Shown one piece after another: positions 22,508-37,163 of a stretch of 64,000 nucleotides of DNA (positions are counted from its first letter, which is position 1; each line of letters starts with the position of its first letter). The position numbers were made by a program, and so were the translations under genes. The stretch comes from Paraspadella gotoi (lineage: Eukaryota > Animalia > Chaetognatha). The stretch is from assembly GCA_051294375.1 (NCBI GenBank), contig CM119268.1, positions 8,737,008-8,801,007 of the forward strand, given 5' to 3'. The notes under the pieces are model-generated. The model was not told the DNA's origin. It made no database searches and saw nothing but the letters and a program-made list of their open reading frames with translations.

Positions 22508-22960
22508 CATTCAAAATAAACTTTATCTGTACCCACAAGATCTTCACTTGCACCTGGTCTTTAACAAAATAGCAATTTTTTGGGGAAAATTGTTATTATT
22601 TTAAATCTTTTTTAAACAAACACAACAAAAGAGAAAGGATTTATACACAATCTTAATATTTTTTAATAAGTATTTTATAAGGGGTAAAATATTATTAGTA
22701 CCGCATTAACAGTTCAGTTTAAGCCTTTGAAAGTGATTTACATATATTGGCGCAGCCACTGGTTGATTATTTAACTTAGGAATGAGGATAAGATAACCTT
22801 TGCTATTGCTTGTGAAGTAAAGTGAATTCTAATTGACAATGCAAATTAGTGTTATAATTAAAATTATTAATTGCATATGTAATAATTTCCAAATATTCGG
22901 GAAAGGTTTGAGCAGTTATCGCGGTTTAGAAACGTTTGCCTCACTCAGTTAGGTCCGCAT

Positions 22961-23264
22961 NNNNNNNNNNCGGGCTAAAAACCCGAACTTTTGGGTTGGG
23001 AGACAAATGTCTTGCCTCCTGCACCAATGGCCGCTGATGAATGGTTGGTAGATCCACCATACATTCAAAATAAACTTTATCTGTACCCACAAGATCTTCA
23101 CTTGCACCTGGTCTTTAACAAAATAGCAATTTTTTGGGGAAAATTGTTATTATTTTAAATCTTTTTTAAACAAACACAACAAAAGAGAAAGGATTTATAC
23201 ACAATCTTAATATTTTTTAATAAGTATTTTATAAGGGGTAAAATATTATTAGTANNNNNNNNNN
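22961..23264. other. Scaffold gaps enclosing a 284-bp duplicate of 22417-22700 (probable assembly artefact)
   Basis: N runs at 22961-22970 and 23255-23264; the enclosed sequence is identical to the upstream segment. Confidence 0.85.
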
Positions 23265-25294
23265 TATTTATTCTATTGAACTGTTGTAATCAGTGATCTT
23301 GTCGGACTGTTGGCATACTTTTTACTATATACTTTAATGTTTGTAACTTTATTCAATTCTCAATTTTTAATCCAGTAGTACGATTTGTTATGGAGCTCTA
23401 CGTTAAAATAAAAAGAATTTATTTGCAGATTTTTTTGGTAAACTAAAACAGGTTAGCTGTTAGGTTATGATTATCCGACCGCCATTCTGTTGCATAAAGA
23501 CACTCGCCGCTGTGCTGATCAGTCTCCATTCCCATTATAAAGGAACTGCTAAGTTATCACTTAAACTGGTCTACATAATAAGTAGCAACTTGATATTAAT
23601 TATTTGATTTCATGTACTAGTAAGGTAGGCGTGGTTTATTACGGATAAATTGAAATTTTATTAATATAAAACGAGGAGATTTAATCATAATTATGAGAGG
23701 TGATGTCGATTAAAACAAGAATTTAAAAGTACTGAGGAAAGTTTCTAAAAGCAGCGCTTGCCGAACAAATTTGAATTTTTACGGGAACAGCATTAAACAA
23801 ATCCATTACCGGTATTCAATATTGAAACATGTCTGCATTTAAAATAAATTCGTTATGAGAATCAAAGTTCTTCTTGTTTTATATATAATAATCATAAAAA
23901 AAAGCTCGGGTGTATTTACGGTTTGTCCTGTGACCGCGCATTCACAAGTCAGTTCACTCTTTCTCTCCTCTCTCTCTTCCGAAACATCCGCGATTGTTTT
24001 CGTTAATTTCCTCCAAACAAGATTGCCGATAATTACCAACGTCACTCATAAATCTTCATCCCTGGTTTCCTCGTTATCTTTCCGGGCAATTGTCCGAATT
24101 ATTCCGATAAACCTTCCCGCCCCTATTGGCGGCAGAGAAAGAGATCGGAGAGGTTGGCGTGAATAGCAACAGAGGTTCGGATCTTAGTTTGTTTTTTTTT
24201 GTTCTTTTTTTTTCACCCTCGAGAACGGTGGAGTGTCGTCGTCTGAACGATTCGCACGGCCTCGCTGTTCGCTAATACAACGTCCCGCGATGTGACGCCA
24301 CGTCGCCGAGTTTAAATATTCCGCGTGATTCGACGAAAACTTAAGCGAGAGAGAGTGCGAAATGGAAAAATCCGGTTTGGGAAAAAGTCGTAAAATTCCG
24401 TATCTGTCAACCGTGGCGCGCATGGGCCCACCACGGCGAAAGGGCCGCCGACCCAGCCACTGCCGATGCCTCGTCTTTGATTTATCTTCGTTGGAGAGAT
24501 CGAAGGCGAGCCTTTGTTCGCCGATCCTTGGGGCGATCGATGTGGAATAAGGAAATAAATCTCCTCTCTCCGTTTCCACCCTCTCTATCTCTCTCTCTCT
24601 TCGGAGAAGGAGAGAGAAAACGGGGCAAGCCCGAGGATCGGTGACTACAACAGTTCTAACGACGTGAATTTTTCGGACGTCCATGAGATTTACGTCTTGG
24701 CTGCGGGAGGAACCGTTATGCCTTATGGGAACGCCGGGTTACGAAGTGAGTTGGTTGCGGCAAACTGGTTTTTGTTGGACCACCCTTTCTACTCATGTTC
24801 CTCTTCGCCGATTCCCTCAGTATCCAATCAACGATCCATATCTGCTTACGGGTTATTGCGCTTCCCGACCAACTATGTGAGTCAAGCAGCTCGAATCGAA
24901 TCGTTACGTAGTTAACGGAGTTAAGTCAAGAAAACGAGGAACGGTTATTCCAAGGTGTTGCGCCGTATTATTTTTCTTTTTACTTACATTGATCTTATTT
25001 TTTTTATAATGGATATTTAAATTTTATCAAACTTTGTATTCATATGATATTAATACCATGTGATTACGTGAAATTCTTATCCCATGTATTTCCGTATATA
25101 TACGATGCGCTCTGTATCGGAAATACTTCTTTTATTCCTTAAAGATTATATGATTTCATTCAAACAAAAGGCGGCGCTAGTAGTTGCTTAGATTTGAGGT
25201 TTTTTTCTGTTTTAACAAATGAGCAACAAATTATAGGCACATTATACTTATATAACGCTTATAAGCGTTTTTAACAACAGATATATTGAACGAC

Positions 25295-25352
25295 AGACTG
25301 ACCGAAAAGTGACTGAGAGCTGCTCCGCGAGTACTCGCGGCGCAACCAAAAA
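25295..25352 (+). repeat. Helentron/HINE-like repeat end with palindrome CCGCGAGTACTCGCGG (inverted copy about 43480-43540)
   Basis: The same 16-bp palindrome lies next to GACC/GACA-type microsatellite and a T/A run at both loci. Similar HINE-like ends occur near 28310-28520 and 40395-40460. Confidence 0.5.
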
Positions 25353-25494
25353 CAGACCAAAATTCATGGTCTTGGAAAGTTCATTGAATTCAACGAGAAA
25401 TAACGAAAACGATAAGAGAAAAATGGTTTAAATATTGAACTCTTTTGGAAAATGGAAATAAAATTAAAACTCCAATTATAGTTTAGCTATGTTT

Positions 25495-25760
25495 TGAAAT
25501 TGGTACAACTAATAAAAATTATTCATTCATTTAATAAATAAGCTCTCTTGCCCCTGACTTTGGACAGGCTTCGATGGTTTAAGGCCTCCATCACTCTTAC
25601 AAGATAATGACATAGCAAATCCCTGCAAGCTTGCAATCAAGACTCTCTCACTCACGGAGTACCTGGCTTCCCTATCAACGAACTGGTATAATGTTTCAAA
25701 GAAAGTTTCGATTGTATGAAAAGACCACTTTCTTAGGTATTAGATCGGTGAATACTATAT
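25495..25760 (+). repeat. Unclassified interspersed repeat (inverted copy of 40980-41265; short piece at about 10715-10742)
   Basis: Shared blocks CCCTGACTTTGGACAGGCTT, GGCTTCCCTATCAA and TGTATGAAAAGACCAC. Confidence 0.8.
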
Positions 25761-26611
25761 TATATAAGACTTTTATTGAAGATTAATATGCAGCAATCGT
25801 GAAAAGGACAATTGATTATTTATAAGTGGATTGATTCGATACATCTCTCAATAGTTATAGATTACCGATTTTATCTGAAGAGCTCTTTAAACCTCGGGTA
25901 CGATTTTATACCCTGAAAACTTTTTAACCACTGTATAATTCGGGAAAAAAAAGAAAATCTCCGTGATCCTCCGTCGAAGGCCCGCCACCAAGAACGTCAA
26001 CAATCGCTAAACCGTCCCAATCCGGGAATTCTCCGGAATGTCCCGCCGTTTCGTCAAGCAACTCTTCCACTGTTCGCCGACCGGGGAATTTACAACCGCT
26101 TCTTACATTTTTTTTTCGGGGGAAGGCCGTCCGAAAGTGGGGCATTGGGGCGCCAGACATTTGCGAAACGGATGGAATGGGGAAAGCGACGGAAGGAAGA
26201 GAGTGGGAAGAGACGAGAACAAGGAAAGAAGAGAGATTTTGTGTACGTATTCGCTTTTCGGGACGATTGTCATGTCCATCGTTTGATTCCCCTAGTATTC
26301 TGTGACAGCTCGACGCCGAATAAAGGGAATAAAAAAAAGAGGTCCAGATGGTTTTCCCCTTTATTCGCCGGACTCGTGTTTTTTTCTTATTTTATTCTTC
26401 CGGAAGGACGGTTCCAGCTTCCACTCGCTGGGGTTCTTTTTTTTTTAATATTATTTAGTACCTTAGTTACTTAGTTAGTTAAAAAGCCTCGTTGAAAAAT
26501 GGTCGCACTTTTGCACCCGTTCCAAACTGAGTACTAGTGAGTAGTTTATGGAAACGTAAAATTTTGCTGATGGTATTTTTTCCGGGTCGGCTGGTCTGCA
26601 AGCATCTGCTT

Positions 26612-26616
26612 TCTCT

Positions 26617-26690
<74 letters not shown>

Positions 26691-26716
26691 TTCACTTTCT
26701 CTCCCACTCTCTCTCT
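26612..26716. repeat. (CT)n microsatellite
   Basis: Long pure CT run at about 26621-26685 with degenerate flanks. Confidence 0.95.
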
Positions 26717-27744
26717 CATTAGCGACCAAATGAGCGGGACCAATAGTCCGGCCGGAGACAATGGACGCCCCCGATTGCCAGCTTCCGGACCCCTGACAGG
26801 GAACACGTCCTCCTGTCTCCCTTCCTCTGCTTCCCTGGGGGGCGAATCGCGGCCCCCGTCTGTCAGTCCCCCGCCCTGCGGTCAGTCGATGGGTGTTGCG
26901 TCGCGTTACGCCATTGGTTCCGTGCGACGGCGCCAAAACGGTCGAGGTAAGCAGAAACGGAGGCAACCGCCCAAATCGGCTCAATGGTCATTACGATTGG
27001 AGAGTATGACGGCGAAACGATCTCGTTAGATATACTTTCTCCCGTTCGCCAGTAATCTCCACCCTCATCGATACGGTTAATTTCACAATTAACTTTAAAG
27101 GTGATTTTTTATTTATATTAACTAGCAGTAAAGTTTGAATTAAATTATAAAAGAATTTGTCTTCGAAGTCAAGAACTTATGAACACATACGTGCACATTT
27201 AATGAACTTTTCATTGGGTGGGGATGTACGCTAAAATATTGCTTGCAAGTATAAATTTATTTCGTTTCGTGGTTTTGAATTTCTGGTACGTGGACGAATC
27301 CCCAACGGCTGCAGAAGAATCCAGATGCCATTCATTGGTATTCCATTGCTAGGTAATGAGATTTTCAATGCCAAAAAAACTTTCATGGTGGAAAAGAGCG
27401 AGAGTGATCGATGGGGTTGCGTTCGCGCGAGGCGACATTGATCCGAGAACCCCCGTCCGGGAAAACAGGAAAGAGGGAGGGGCTACCCTTGACAACCCGT
27501 GATCGATGGACGAAAAGCGTCCAGAAAACAAAAACAAAAATATAAAAACAAAAGGGACGTTTGCGTAGCAACGAGATAAACACGAACGCGTTACTAATTC
27601 GTGGAGAGAGAGAAATGACCAATAACGAATTTTAAGGGAGGGAAAGTCAACACGGTTTTTGAATTCATTATCGTTTATAGGCAGGTGAGCAAATAACTGA
27701 TCTTCTTCCTAAGCACAATAAGAAAACTGGGGCAATGAAAACGG

Positions 27745-28140
27745 ATGAAAACAAGTTTGAGCAAACAATGTCGGATCTGCCCACGATCAATAGCGGTAAT
27801 TAATTATTTTTTAAATTAATTCAAGCTAATTTCAATGTTTGTTTTGAGGTCTTTTCGTTACTGACCACGACAAAAGCAACGATGATGATGATGGCGACGA
27901 CGACAATTATGCCAAAAACGATTGACTTACTTGATTGACTGATTGCTTAAATAATTAATTAATTGATAAATTGATTGATTGAATAATTAATTATTAGATA
28001 AATAAATTGATTTTTTGAATAAAAAAATGATTGTTTAATTGACTGATTAATTAGTTATTTATTAATTAATTGTTTGATAAATTGATTAATAAATTGATTA
28101 ATTATTTGATTAATTAATACATCTTGCATTTGCATTTAAT
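27745..28140 (+). repeat. Interspersed repeat with (ATTG/GATT)n tract; inverted copy at about 41670-41875
   Basis: The TGAGCAA..CAATG.CGGATCTG.CCACGATCA.TAGCGGTAAT and GATGATGGCGACGACGAC blocks are present at both loci. Confidence 0.75.
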
Positions 28141-31100
28141 ATAAAAAGAAAACTAAGCAAAATTAGTGAAACAGGTTTTTTTGTTTTTTCCATTTAAACT
28201 CATTTCCACTCAAACGATTCCATCAATCACACACTTCCCTACCCACACACAAAATTTCATTCAAATCCAACCATCCAATCATGAGTATTGGAAGTTTTTT
28301 GCTAAGGGGGGACAGACGGACGGACATCTTTTTTTTTTTTTTTACATAATTTATCTTTTGTGATAATCCTTTCGTTTGTTGTTTAAAATAGAGTAAAGGA
28401 AAAACAAAATTTTCCTTTACATAATTTATCATAATTCGATGTTTTGACATGATATGAGTGAATGCCCGACAAAATTGAGGGGGCGGACCGACGGACCGAC
28501 AAAGTGGATTATAGAGTCGGGAAAGGAACGGCCTCAGGAAAAGAGAATAGTAAAGAAAAGCGGATGGAATAGAGAAAGGTCAAGATTGATTAAAGGAAAA
28601 GAGAAAGGAAAGGAGTCACGGGAAGGGGAAAAATGTCAAAACGATGGTAATGCAGTAAATTTTTCTAGTTTTACGGTCGGTTTTTGTTTTTCTTTCTTGC
28701 AATAAATAAAATTTTGTTATATTGTCATAATAATCAATCAATAAATATTTTTATGTAAAATTTCTCATTATATATAAAAGCATCTTTTTGCGTCGTCAAA
28801 AGTGAGCCAAAGATAAAATATTTTTTGGTGAGAGTTTAAAATAAACAAAGATAATCGTAACATAAACACATCCTTATCTCAAATTATTTTCGGCTGTCTT
28901 ATTTATAGATTCCACAATGTGTATTACACATATAGTTAAAACAAGGTATCTTTCTTACTATTAAAAGAATAACAACGACAATAGTTTCGTGACGAAATAA
29001 AAAAAATCTTTTTTGTTGACTCCAGGATAGTAATTTATCATTCAAGAAAGTTAAAAAACAGAATAGCCTAAAATATTCATTAGGGTGGAGTGATGAAAAG
29101 ATTATTATTTTTTGCTGCCGATGGAGATTTAATTAGCATAACAGTATAATAAATTCAATTATGTAGTAATAATCTTATAAAATAATTAATTTTTTATTTT
29201 TAAGAACCGATTTGAGTTCTTTTTTTAAAAAAATTGTATAAAACATGATATATGATGTTTTAATATTTAAACCACAAAAAATTATTAAAATATTTTAACA
29301 TATATAAGTTTTTACTACAGAGAATAAAAAAGTCATGAATGTTTACATTTTTTTCTATTATAAATGCTGAAGATGACAGAATTTTTGATAACATGTTTTA
29401 TATTTTTGATTTAACTTTTTATAAACAATCTCAATCTTTATTAAAAGTTTAAATTTTTTTTTAAAATATACTATTTTATAAAAATATTACTACAAATCTA
29501 TTGTATTTTAATATTCTGTTCCCGAGACAAAATGAACAAAATATTTGTTGTACTAGTTAATCATACTATCTCATGTTTATATCCATGTTTGATCACTCAA
29601 ATATTTTTTTTGTTCGTGAGAGCTCCACTCTAATGGTTATTTGTTCAAAGAGAGGTATTTTTGTTTGTCCGAAAGTTTTTAGGTACATTCTGTACTCTTT
29701 TTATTCTTCGGTGTATGATCTGGGCAAAATGATTTTAAATTCTGTAAAGGTGATAATAATTAATCAGTTATACACAACAAACAGTCGTGTGAATTGAACG
29801 AAGTTCTTTTTTAGGATATGATATATACATATATTAAATATATGTCGAAAATTGTTTTTCGTATAAATGTTCTGGAACTATTGTAAATATTACATTATTA
29901 CGTACTTATTTTTCTAAATACTTCATCAAATTTATGAATGTTTTGGCTACAACAAATAGTTTATAAAATAATATTGACACAACCGTGTCTGTCAAGATGA
30001 AAAGTCTAGAAAAGAAATTAACAAATTAATAAGTTTTTATTATTCAAAAAAATTATTACGTAATTTTGAATGGATACAAATTGTGGAATGTTTAAAGCAG
30101 AGATAAGTTGTTGCATAACAAAGATGGTACCACGTCCCAGAAAAAGTGAATTAAGACGAAAATTACATAAGATTATTACGTATTATTACATTAATTTCAG
30201 TGCAATGTTTATATCACTTGCATGGTATTATAAAAGGTTTTTCATAGTAATTTCTGTTGAGTTTGAAACCAAAAGTAAGGTACTTCATTATAAGTTAAGA
30301 GCGGCTGTCTATTTCCAACTCTCGCATACGGCCAATACATTCGGGAGATTGGATTCCTTTCTTATCTAATGTGGATGAATGTCAATCAAGTTACTGTAGT
30401 TGCTTACAATGAAAATCTAGCTAAAATCTAGCTAAAGTAAACAGCCTTTTTAGAGTTTTGGTGCATTAAATTATATTTTTTACTGCCAATAACTCTAAAA
30501 GTTTTAAAATATTTAAAAGATATTAATTTTTGTCTTCATCATTTAATTACTTTTCTTATTTTATTGTAAAAGATGGAAAAGTAAAGAGAGGAAATGGGGT
30601 AAAAATGTTAAAAGAAAGCTTATGTTAAGAGAGAGAAAGAAATTTAGAGCTGGATTCGGCGGTCAGTTGATCTTCGAGCGGCGAATCGAGAAATACATCG
30701 AATGACGACGACGACGTCGAGAACGAATATAAAGACGACGACGACGAAGCGGCGACGGTCGAAGTTCGCGATCGAATCGTTTTCGGCGGCGTTTTTTCCG
30801 CATAATCTCGTCTTTCTTCTTCCCGATCTTCATTTCCCGAAACATCGTTATTCCGAAACGCACGGATTCTATGTTTTTTTTTTTGTTGCCACTTTGGTAA
30901 CACACACGATAAAAACGAAAACGGTTTGGGAATTTAAACACAGAAAATCTGTCTTCTCTCGTTGCTTGTATAGAAGAGTTTTTATTTTGTCAATGATATC
31001 CCATGTACCCGTTGGCCAAAATTTTTGGGGGGCCAATCAAGAAAAATTGTTAGGTCAAAAAAAAAAAAGTATTAAAAACAAACAAACAACAACAATCGTT

Positions 31101-31259
31101 TGAAAACGCGTCGATCATGATGGAACACCCACATTCCCCGGTTCCATCCGCCTAGCTTGCGGAACCTCACGATCTTTCGTCAAACAACGACGTCTTGAGT
31201 GAAAAGGAAAACCTCAAAAACAAATCTCTCCTTATGAGGACGACCGTTTTCTAGCCGGG

Positions 31260-34153
31260 ATGGAAATGACGCTCCTCCGTCCCCGCACCGGCGCCGCCCA
31301 CCTTTCCTCGCGCTTTTCCGCGAATTCGGGGACACTGTCTTTGGGTGCGCCGGCGATCGACGCCCTCTCCCCTCTTCCCGATGTCCGGGTGACCGTTGGT
31401 CGTTTTCGTCGTCGTCGTCGTTGCGACCGTCGTCGAATTTCCACGTTCTCGCTCGTCGCTAATCCTCCTCCTCCTCTTCATTCTGTTCCCCTCGGTCCGG
31501 CATTTCAAACTCTCCCCACCGTCTCCTCCACCCTTCGTTTTAAAGAATCGGAATCCCTCTTCCCTTCCCTTCCTTTCGACGCCTCGCCGCGCGTTCGTCC
31601 GGAAAGAGACGTTGACTCGCTTGACGCTCGCCGACCTAAAAACAAAATGACGTCTCGAGAACGTCTCTCCCCCGTCCCTTCCTCTTCCGTCTTCCGGCAA
31701 GTCGCGCGCGGGAGCGCCGCCCTTTACTCCCGACGACACTTGCTTTCCTTCGCAACTTCCATTTTTTTCGCCGCGGCGGTGGCAATTTTGAGCGGCGTAG
31801 TCGTCAGCGGCGCCAACCCTTCGAACTCTGTACTAGACCCCCCCTCCTCGATCCGGGCGACGCGCGTATCCAACAACGAACCGCTCGCCACGGATGAAAA
31901 TGACGACTTCCAGGACGAAGACGACGCCGACGACGTCTACGGCGACGCGTACGACGATACGTACGTCTACGACATTCCTTTCGCCGATGAAGGTTTAGCG
32001 GATCCCGAGGCGACGGCGTCGAGGTCTCTGGCGGAAGAAGAAAGGCGCCGCTACGATTTTTGCCCAGAATGTGAGCGCCGACGGAGGCTAGAGGCCAAGC
32101 TGACAGAGTCGGAGATTCGCAAGGCGCGAATCGAGATGATCAAGAATCGAATTCTCAGCAACTTGCGGCTGCCGCATCGACCGAACATCACCCGTTCCCG
32201 CGCTACAATACCGAGTCAACTACTTAAGGTGCTGGAATTTGGCGAATACGCCAGGAGAAAGAGACCGCGGAACGACGAGGACGGACCCAAGACCACCCAA
32301 GTTTACATTTTTGGAGAAGGTATGGATTTTTAAATGGGAACAAAGTACTTATCTGCAGTACAAAATATAATTTTTCGTACTGATTAAATTCGACTGAAAG
32401 TAAAACTATATTCGGTGTAATCTGCCTGAAACCGGTCTCTCTTTCTTTTTCTTTATTTGTTCTTTCTTTCTTTCTCTCCATCCTTCGATTTTGCGTCTCT
32501 CTCGAAAAAGAATTACCATTAACTACATCAATTACAGCCCAACTATTACATTAAAAAAATATAATCGAAAAGAGTTTAAAACTTTGTGTCACATCCTTCT
32601 TTCGGGGTCGACAAAAATGGGAAAAAAGTTACAAACTCAGCTGCGACTACATTCAAATATATCAAACGGTCGGTAACGTTCTTCCTTCGCCGATCTCGTT
32701 ACATTATTTATCGTGGTCAGCAAAAACTAGAGAACGAGCGAGAGAGTCGATGATAATTTGAACTTTCGAAGAAAGGGACCTCCTTTGCTAAAAAGCAATA
32801 AATTTTGTCAGTATACGAATGCCAATGTATCAACAACGAGGGTTTTTCAACTCTACCATGATGGGTTCGAGCTAGACAGTTACAACCCCTAAAGAATTGA
32901 CTTTTGACCACTTCGAAACTGGGGCATATTATCGAGTAGAGTGACGTTTACAGGTTTGAGGGAGGTGATTTAATGGGCGGCGCGATTAAGAAATCGAATG
33001 CGAGCCATTCAGTGTTAGGAGTCTCTTTGATTTGACGTTTTTTGATTTATTTCTCCAAATATTTTTTTTAAATTGAGCAGATAAAGAACAATAAAAAAAT
33101 CGTTTTAGAAAATGACCATCTGCTTTATCCTTTATGTTGCTTCTTGGAATAGAAACAAAAACTTTAGTTTAATAATAAAAAAAACGCTTCACACACCAGG
33201 CCTCGCGGAACCCTGCTACCAATACCAATCGACGGTGGGACCCCACGCCACCTGCTTCTACCTTCCCTTCAAGGATGAGCTTTTCGGGAAGAGAATCAAG
33301 TCCGCCGAGTTGTTCGTCTTCCAGAAACGCGAGTCTGCACAGCGAAAGCCGCAGCTTTCCGTCCTCCGAGGTCACGTGACCGGCGAGAACGGCCATCACC
33401 ACCACCATCGTCGGGGACGAACCTCGCTGCACAAGACCCTTGCCAATCAGCCGCAAACGATCAAGAACAGCGGCTGGATCAAGTTCGACTTAAAGCGGGC
33501 CTTTAAACGACTCAACGACCGCTATAACGTCAATGTTTCCCTCGTCATCAACTGCACCAACTGCGACGGAGACGTCCTACCTTTCCCCGTAGGCTCGGCC
33601 GAAGGGGAACGCCCCTTTCTCAAACTGCACACGGTGGATTCCGGTGGGCGACAAAAGCGAAGCTTGGAGTGCACGAAGAACACGCAGGCCTGCTGCCGGG
33701 AAAAGTTCTACATCTCCTTCGCCGAGATCGGCTGGGACGACTGGATCATCGCCCCCAACGGATACTGGGCCAACTACTGCACCGGAAGTTGCGCGGGTGA
33801 GTTTCGCGCGGGAGTTGGGCAGAAGAGGGGTTCGTTTGGTAGAAAATGATATTAACCCCACGTAACAGTTACCGAATACGGAATATTTCTAATGATTGTT
33901 TGATGATTCCAATGAGTCTATTTATTTTTTTTTAATTTCTAAATCAGGTCTTACGGAACCAATTTTTCACCACTCCAGTCTACTGCTGAAAGCTAAGAGC
34001 CTTGAAATAAACTCGCGGTTGCGACAGTCCTTGGCTCCGTGCTGCACCCCGAAGAAGATGGCGCCAGCCTCGTTACTTTACCGCGCCGATGGTGAAAAAA
34101 TATTTCAACAGAATCTCCACAACATGGTCGTTGAGGAATGCGGATGTGCGTAG
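31260..34153 (+). CDS. Activin/inhibin-beta-class TGF-beta ligand (exons 31260-32319, 33200-33796, 33948-34153; start codon uncertain)
   Basis: Prodomain CPEC and RIEMIKNRILSNLRL..RPNIT; furin site RQKR; nine-Cys mature domain SLEC...CCREKFYISFAEIGWDDWIIAP...CCTP...EECGCA. Confidence 0.9.
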
Positions 34154-37100
34154 CGTCGAGGGACGGAAGTAGTGATAGCCAGAGAGAAGAAAAGATAAAG
34201 CGATATGGAGATAAGGAGATATGGGTAACCACGGATGTCGCTTTGTCAGAAACTTAAGATGAGGGGGTGATAATGGGGAGACCAAATTAAAGACGAACCG
34301 AGTGCTAAATAACATAGTGAAAACATTGAAAAGATTTGATAATGATAAAAGAAAAAAGTATCTAAAGAAACTTAGCGACCTCTTCGCTTTTCTTTCTCTC
34401 TTTTGGGTTTTCGCACTTTCTCGTCCATTGCTAGACTTTGTCACATCGAAAAACACCAATCTTCACCATTGTGCCAAAATTTTAAAATGAATATAAGCTT
34501 TAACAAACTGTTGAAAACTACCAAAGTAATATATCGTTATGAGAATTACTTTAGCGTGTTCTCACATTTATACTTGTACTTTGAGCTTTAAGAAGGAAAT
34601 AACAATTCCGATCACCTCCGGCTCAAAGTTTACTGAACCAACTTAATACTATTGTTCGCATTTGATTATTGTAATATTGATGTTTAATGTCTGTGTGTTA
34701 CATTTCACAAAAATTCGTGCACCTAAAAATAATTCTTGATTTAAAAAAGTTTAAATGCTTTTATTTTGTTCAACGTTTACTAGCTACTATTTTTAAACTA
34801 TGAAATATCATAACAGTCCCATTGAAATTGAAAAATAACGCTTGAGCAAATAATTTTTTTACACTTTTCTGCTGTTATTTGAAATGATTCCAGTCTCAAT
34901 TTTAATTATTCGTGCCATACTTAATATCTTTCTTTCCCTTGAGTTCCTTTTTGTGAATATATTGATTCAAAATTATCGAAGTGTTTTTTGTAAAATAAAC
35001 CTTAATGTAAATTCCACCTTTTGTACATAAACAATCGGAATCTGTAATTTAAAAACTGTGATTTTTTGACGTAGAAATCATGTGCTTTAATTGTTCACTT
35101 GTTTTTCTAATAAATGTGTTTATATCATTGCATTTGCTATGATAACCGTAGAAAAAAATCTTTTACAATCCTGTTAGTCAGAACAATGCAGAAATAAGTC
35201 GCAAAAACACGCGATAGTTATGTAAGCTTAAAACTTTGAAACGCTGACGCAAACTTGAGTTAAGGTCAGGAAATTTTGGCGACGAAGTGAGTTCAAAAAT
35301 TTATTTTCATCCGCAAAAACTTTTCTAATGGGCTGAAGTCCACAATCGGAAGAAAGTAAGGTAAATAATAATATAAATATAGTTCAACTAGATAATGAAA
35401 TAAGATATTAATTACGAGTTATTTAGGGAAAAGGAATTATAACACTTAATCTATGATCTGACATTTATTTTTTAATTACTGCATGAAGTCGGGAGGGAAA
35501 AAAATGAAACAAAAGCCTTTGCGTGACGCAAAAAACCAAGGATAAAATGTATATTTATAATTATAGAAATTAAAGGCGAAGCGCGAATAAAGACCCCCTC
35601 AACGCTCTCTTGTTCAATTGAACTCCCTCAGCGCCGCGATTTATATCACAGAAAAAGCGGAGATACAGTTAGGTCTTCCAGGTGTTCGAGGTACTCAAAC
35701 AGACAACCTTGCGAATGTTAATGCAAATGCTAAGCCTGGAAATGTAAGCCATTAATTTTATAATTTTTAACTAATAAATAACGATTTGACATTTCTTACT
35801 ACAATAGTACAGTACTAGTACAGGTAATTGGAAAAATGAGAAAAACTATTTCAATATTTTTTTAGTTTTTGAGTAATGATACAATTTCCGTCAACCGTTG
35901 TTACTTAAGTATTGAACTGATGTTAACCTTTTACCGCAAAAAAACTCTTTTATGTTACCATGATTGATGATTTTGTTCAGCGATTCACAAGAGTTACACT
36001 CTTCGTTTGAGGACGTTGGGTGGGGGAGACGAGAAGAGAACAATGAAAAACGATTTTCTGTGACCACGTCGAATAAATCATCCTTTTCATTACGTGGTAG
36101 CGTATACGCGACTCTCATCTCCGTTACAACGAAACCCATAAAACAAAGTGACAAGAGATCAGTTTAGACATTCGGGAGCGATTCACGCATTCATGGTCGC
36201 AGGCATATTCGTGTCGGCGTTTCCTCTTAATAAAGCCACAAAGGAGGCGTTGGACGAAAATTTATTGGATCTTCATTCTTCATCCTCAAAAACTGTCGCG
36301 TTTCGACCCTTCCCTCTACTTCGAACGCGACTGCGGCAGGAACAAACAAACTGTGCGTTGCGAAGAGGAAATCAGCGGGAAAGTGACCTTAATGTCGTTA
36401 ATACCAGTACCGAAATTGTTGTTGTGCTCATTTTATATTTTTATTTAATTTCATCGCGAATTTCCTTTCGTTTCGTTGTGTTTGAATTAGTAGAAGAAGT
36501 TTGAATTTGTTAACAACAACGATTTTATTGGTACATATGTCCCTATGTACCAAAAATTCAGTTAATTTAAAATTTACTGAATTTTAGTAAATGGGTAACA
36601 CAAAATATTATATTTTTTAAAGCTTGGTACAGGTTTTGTTTTAATGCGTTGAATAATAATATGACGAATGCTTAACTACTCTTTAATGATCTTGATTAAC
36701 ATTTTTTAGCTGTCAGGGGTATTTTAAAATTTTAAGTACTTTTTAATCATCAGAAATAAATTGGAGAACCGAATTGAAGAAGTTTCATATTTGACCTCCT
36801 ATTAATAATCAGTCACTAAATAAATGTTATATTATACATCATAGGAAATGATAAACCGAGACCTTCAATCTGACTATCATTGAACTCTTTAAATTGTACC
36901 GTTGCATAGATATGCTGTCACGAAATGTTACAAATGAAAAAAATCATACTGTAAGATACATTGATTTTATTTCATTCAAAAAAGGATGATGAAGTAATTA
37001 CCAATTTATTGTGGATTTATATATTACTTTCAACGTTTCCCAACATAACTGATGACACAACAATATTTTAAATTTAACTGGTTGATCTGCTAAATTGCAC

Positions 37101-37163
37101 TGATGCGTTGGATTCAGGAATCAGTTCTTAAGTCGAACTTGAAAATATTTTCATGATTCGATC

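Noticed and set aside
22971-23254. Apparent tandem duplication of a family A LTR end plus flank
   Set aside because: It is an exact copy bounded by N gaps on both sides, most likely a scaffolding artefact.
23855-27622. Cluster of short ORFs in GC-richer patches upstream of the activin-like gene
   Set aside because: They show no motifs and no consistent splice pattern, and several derive from the CT microsatellite. The region is more likely regulatory or UTR sequence.
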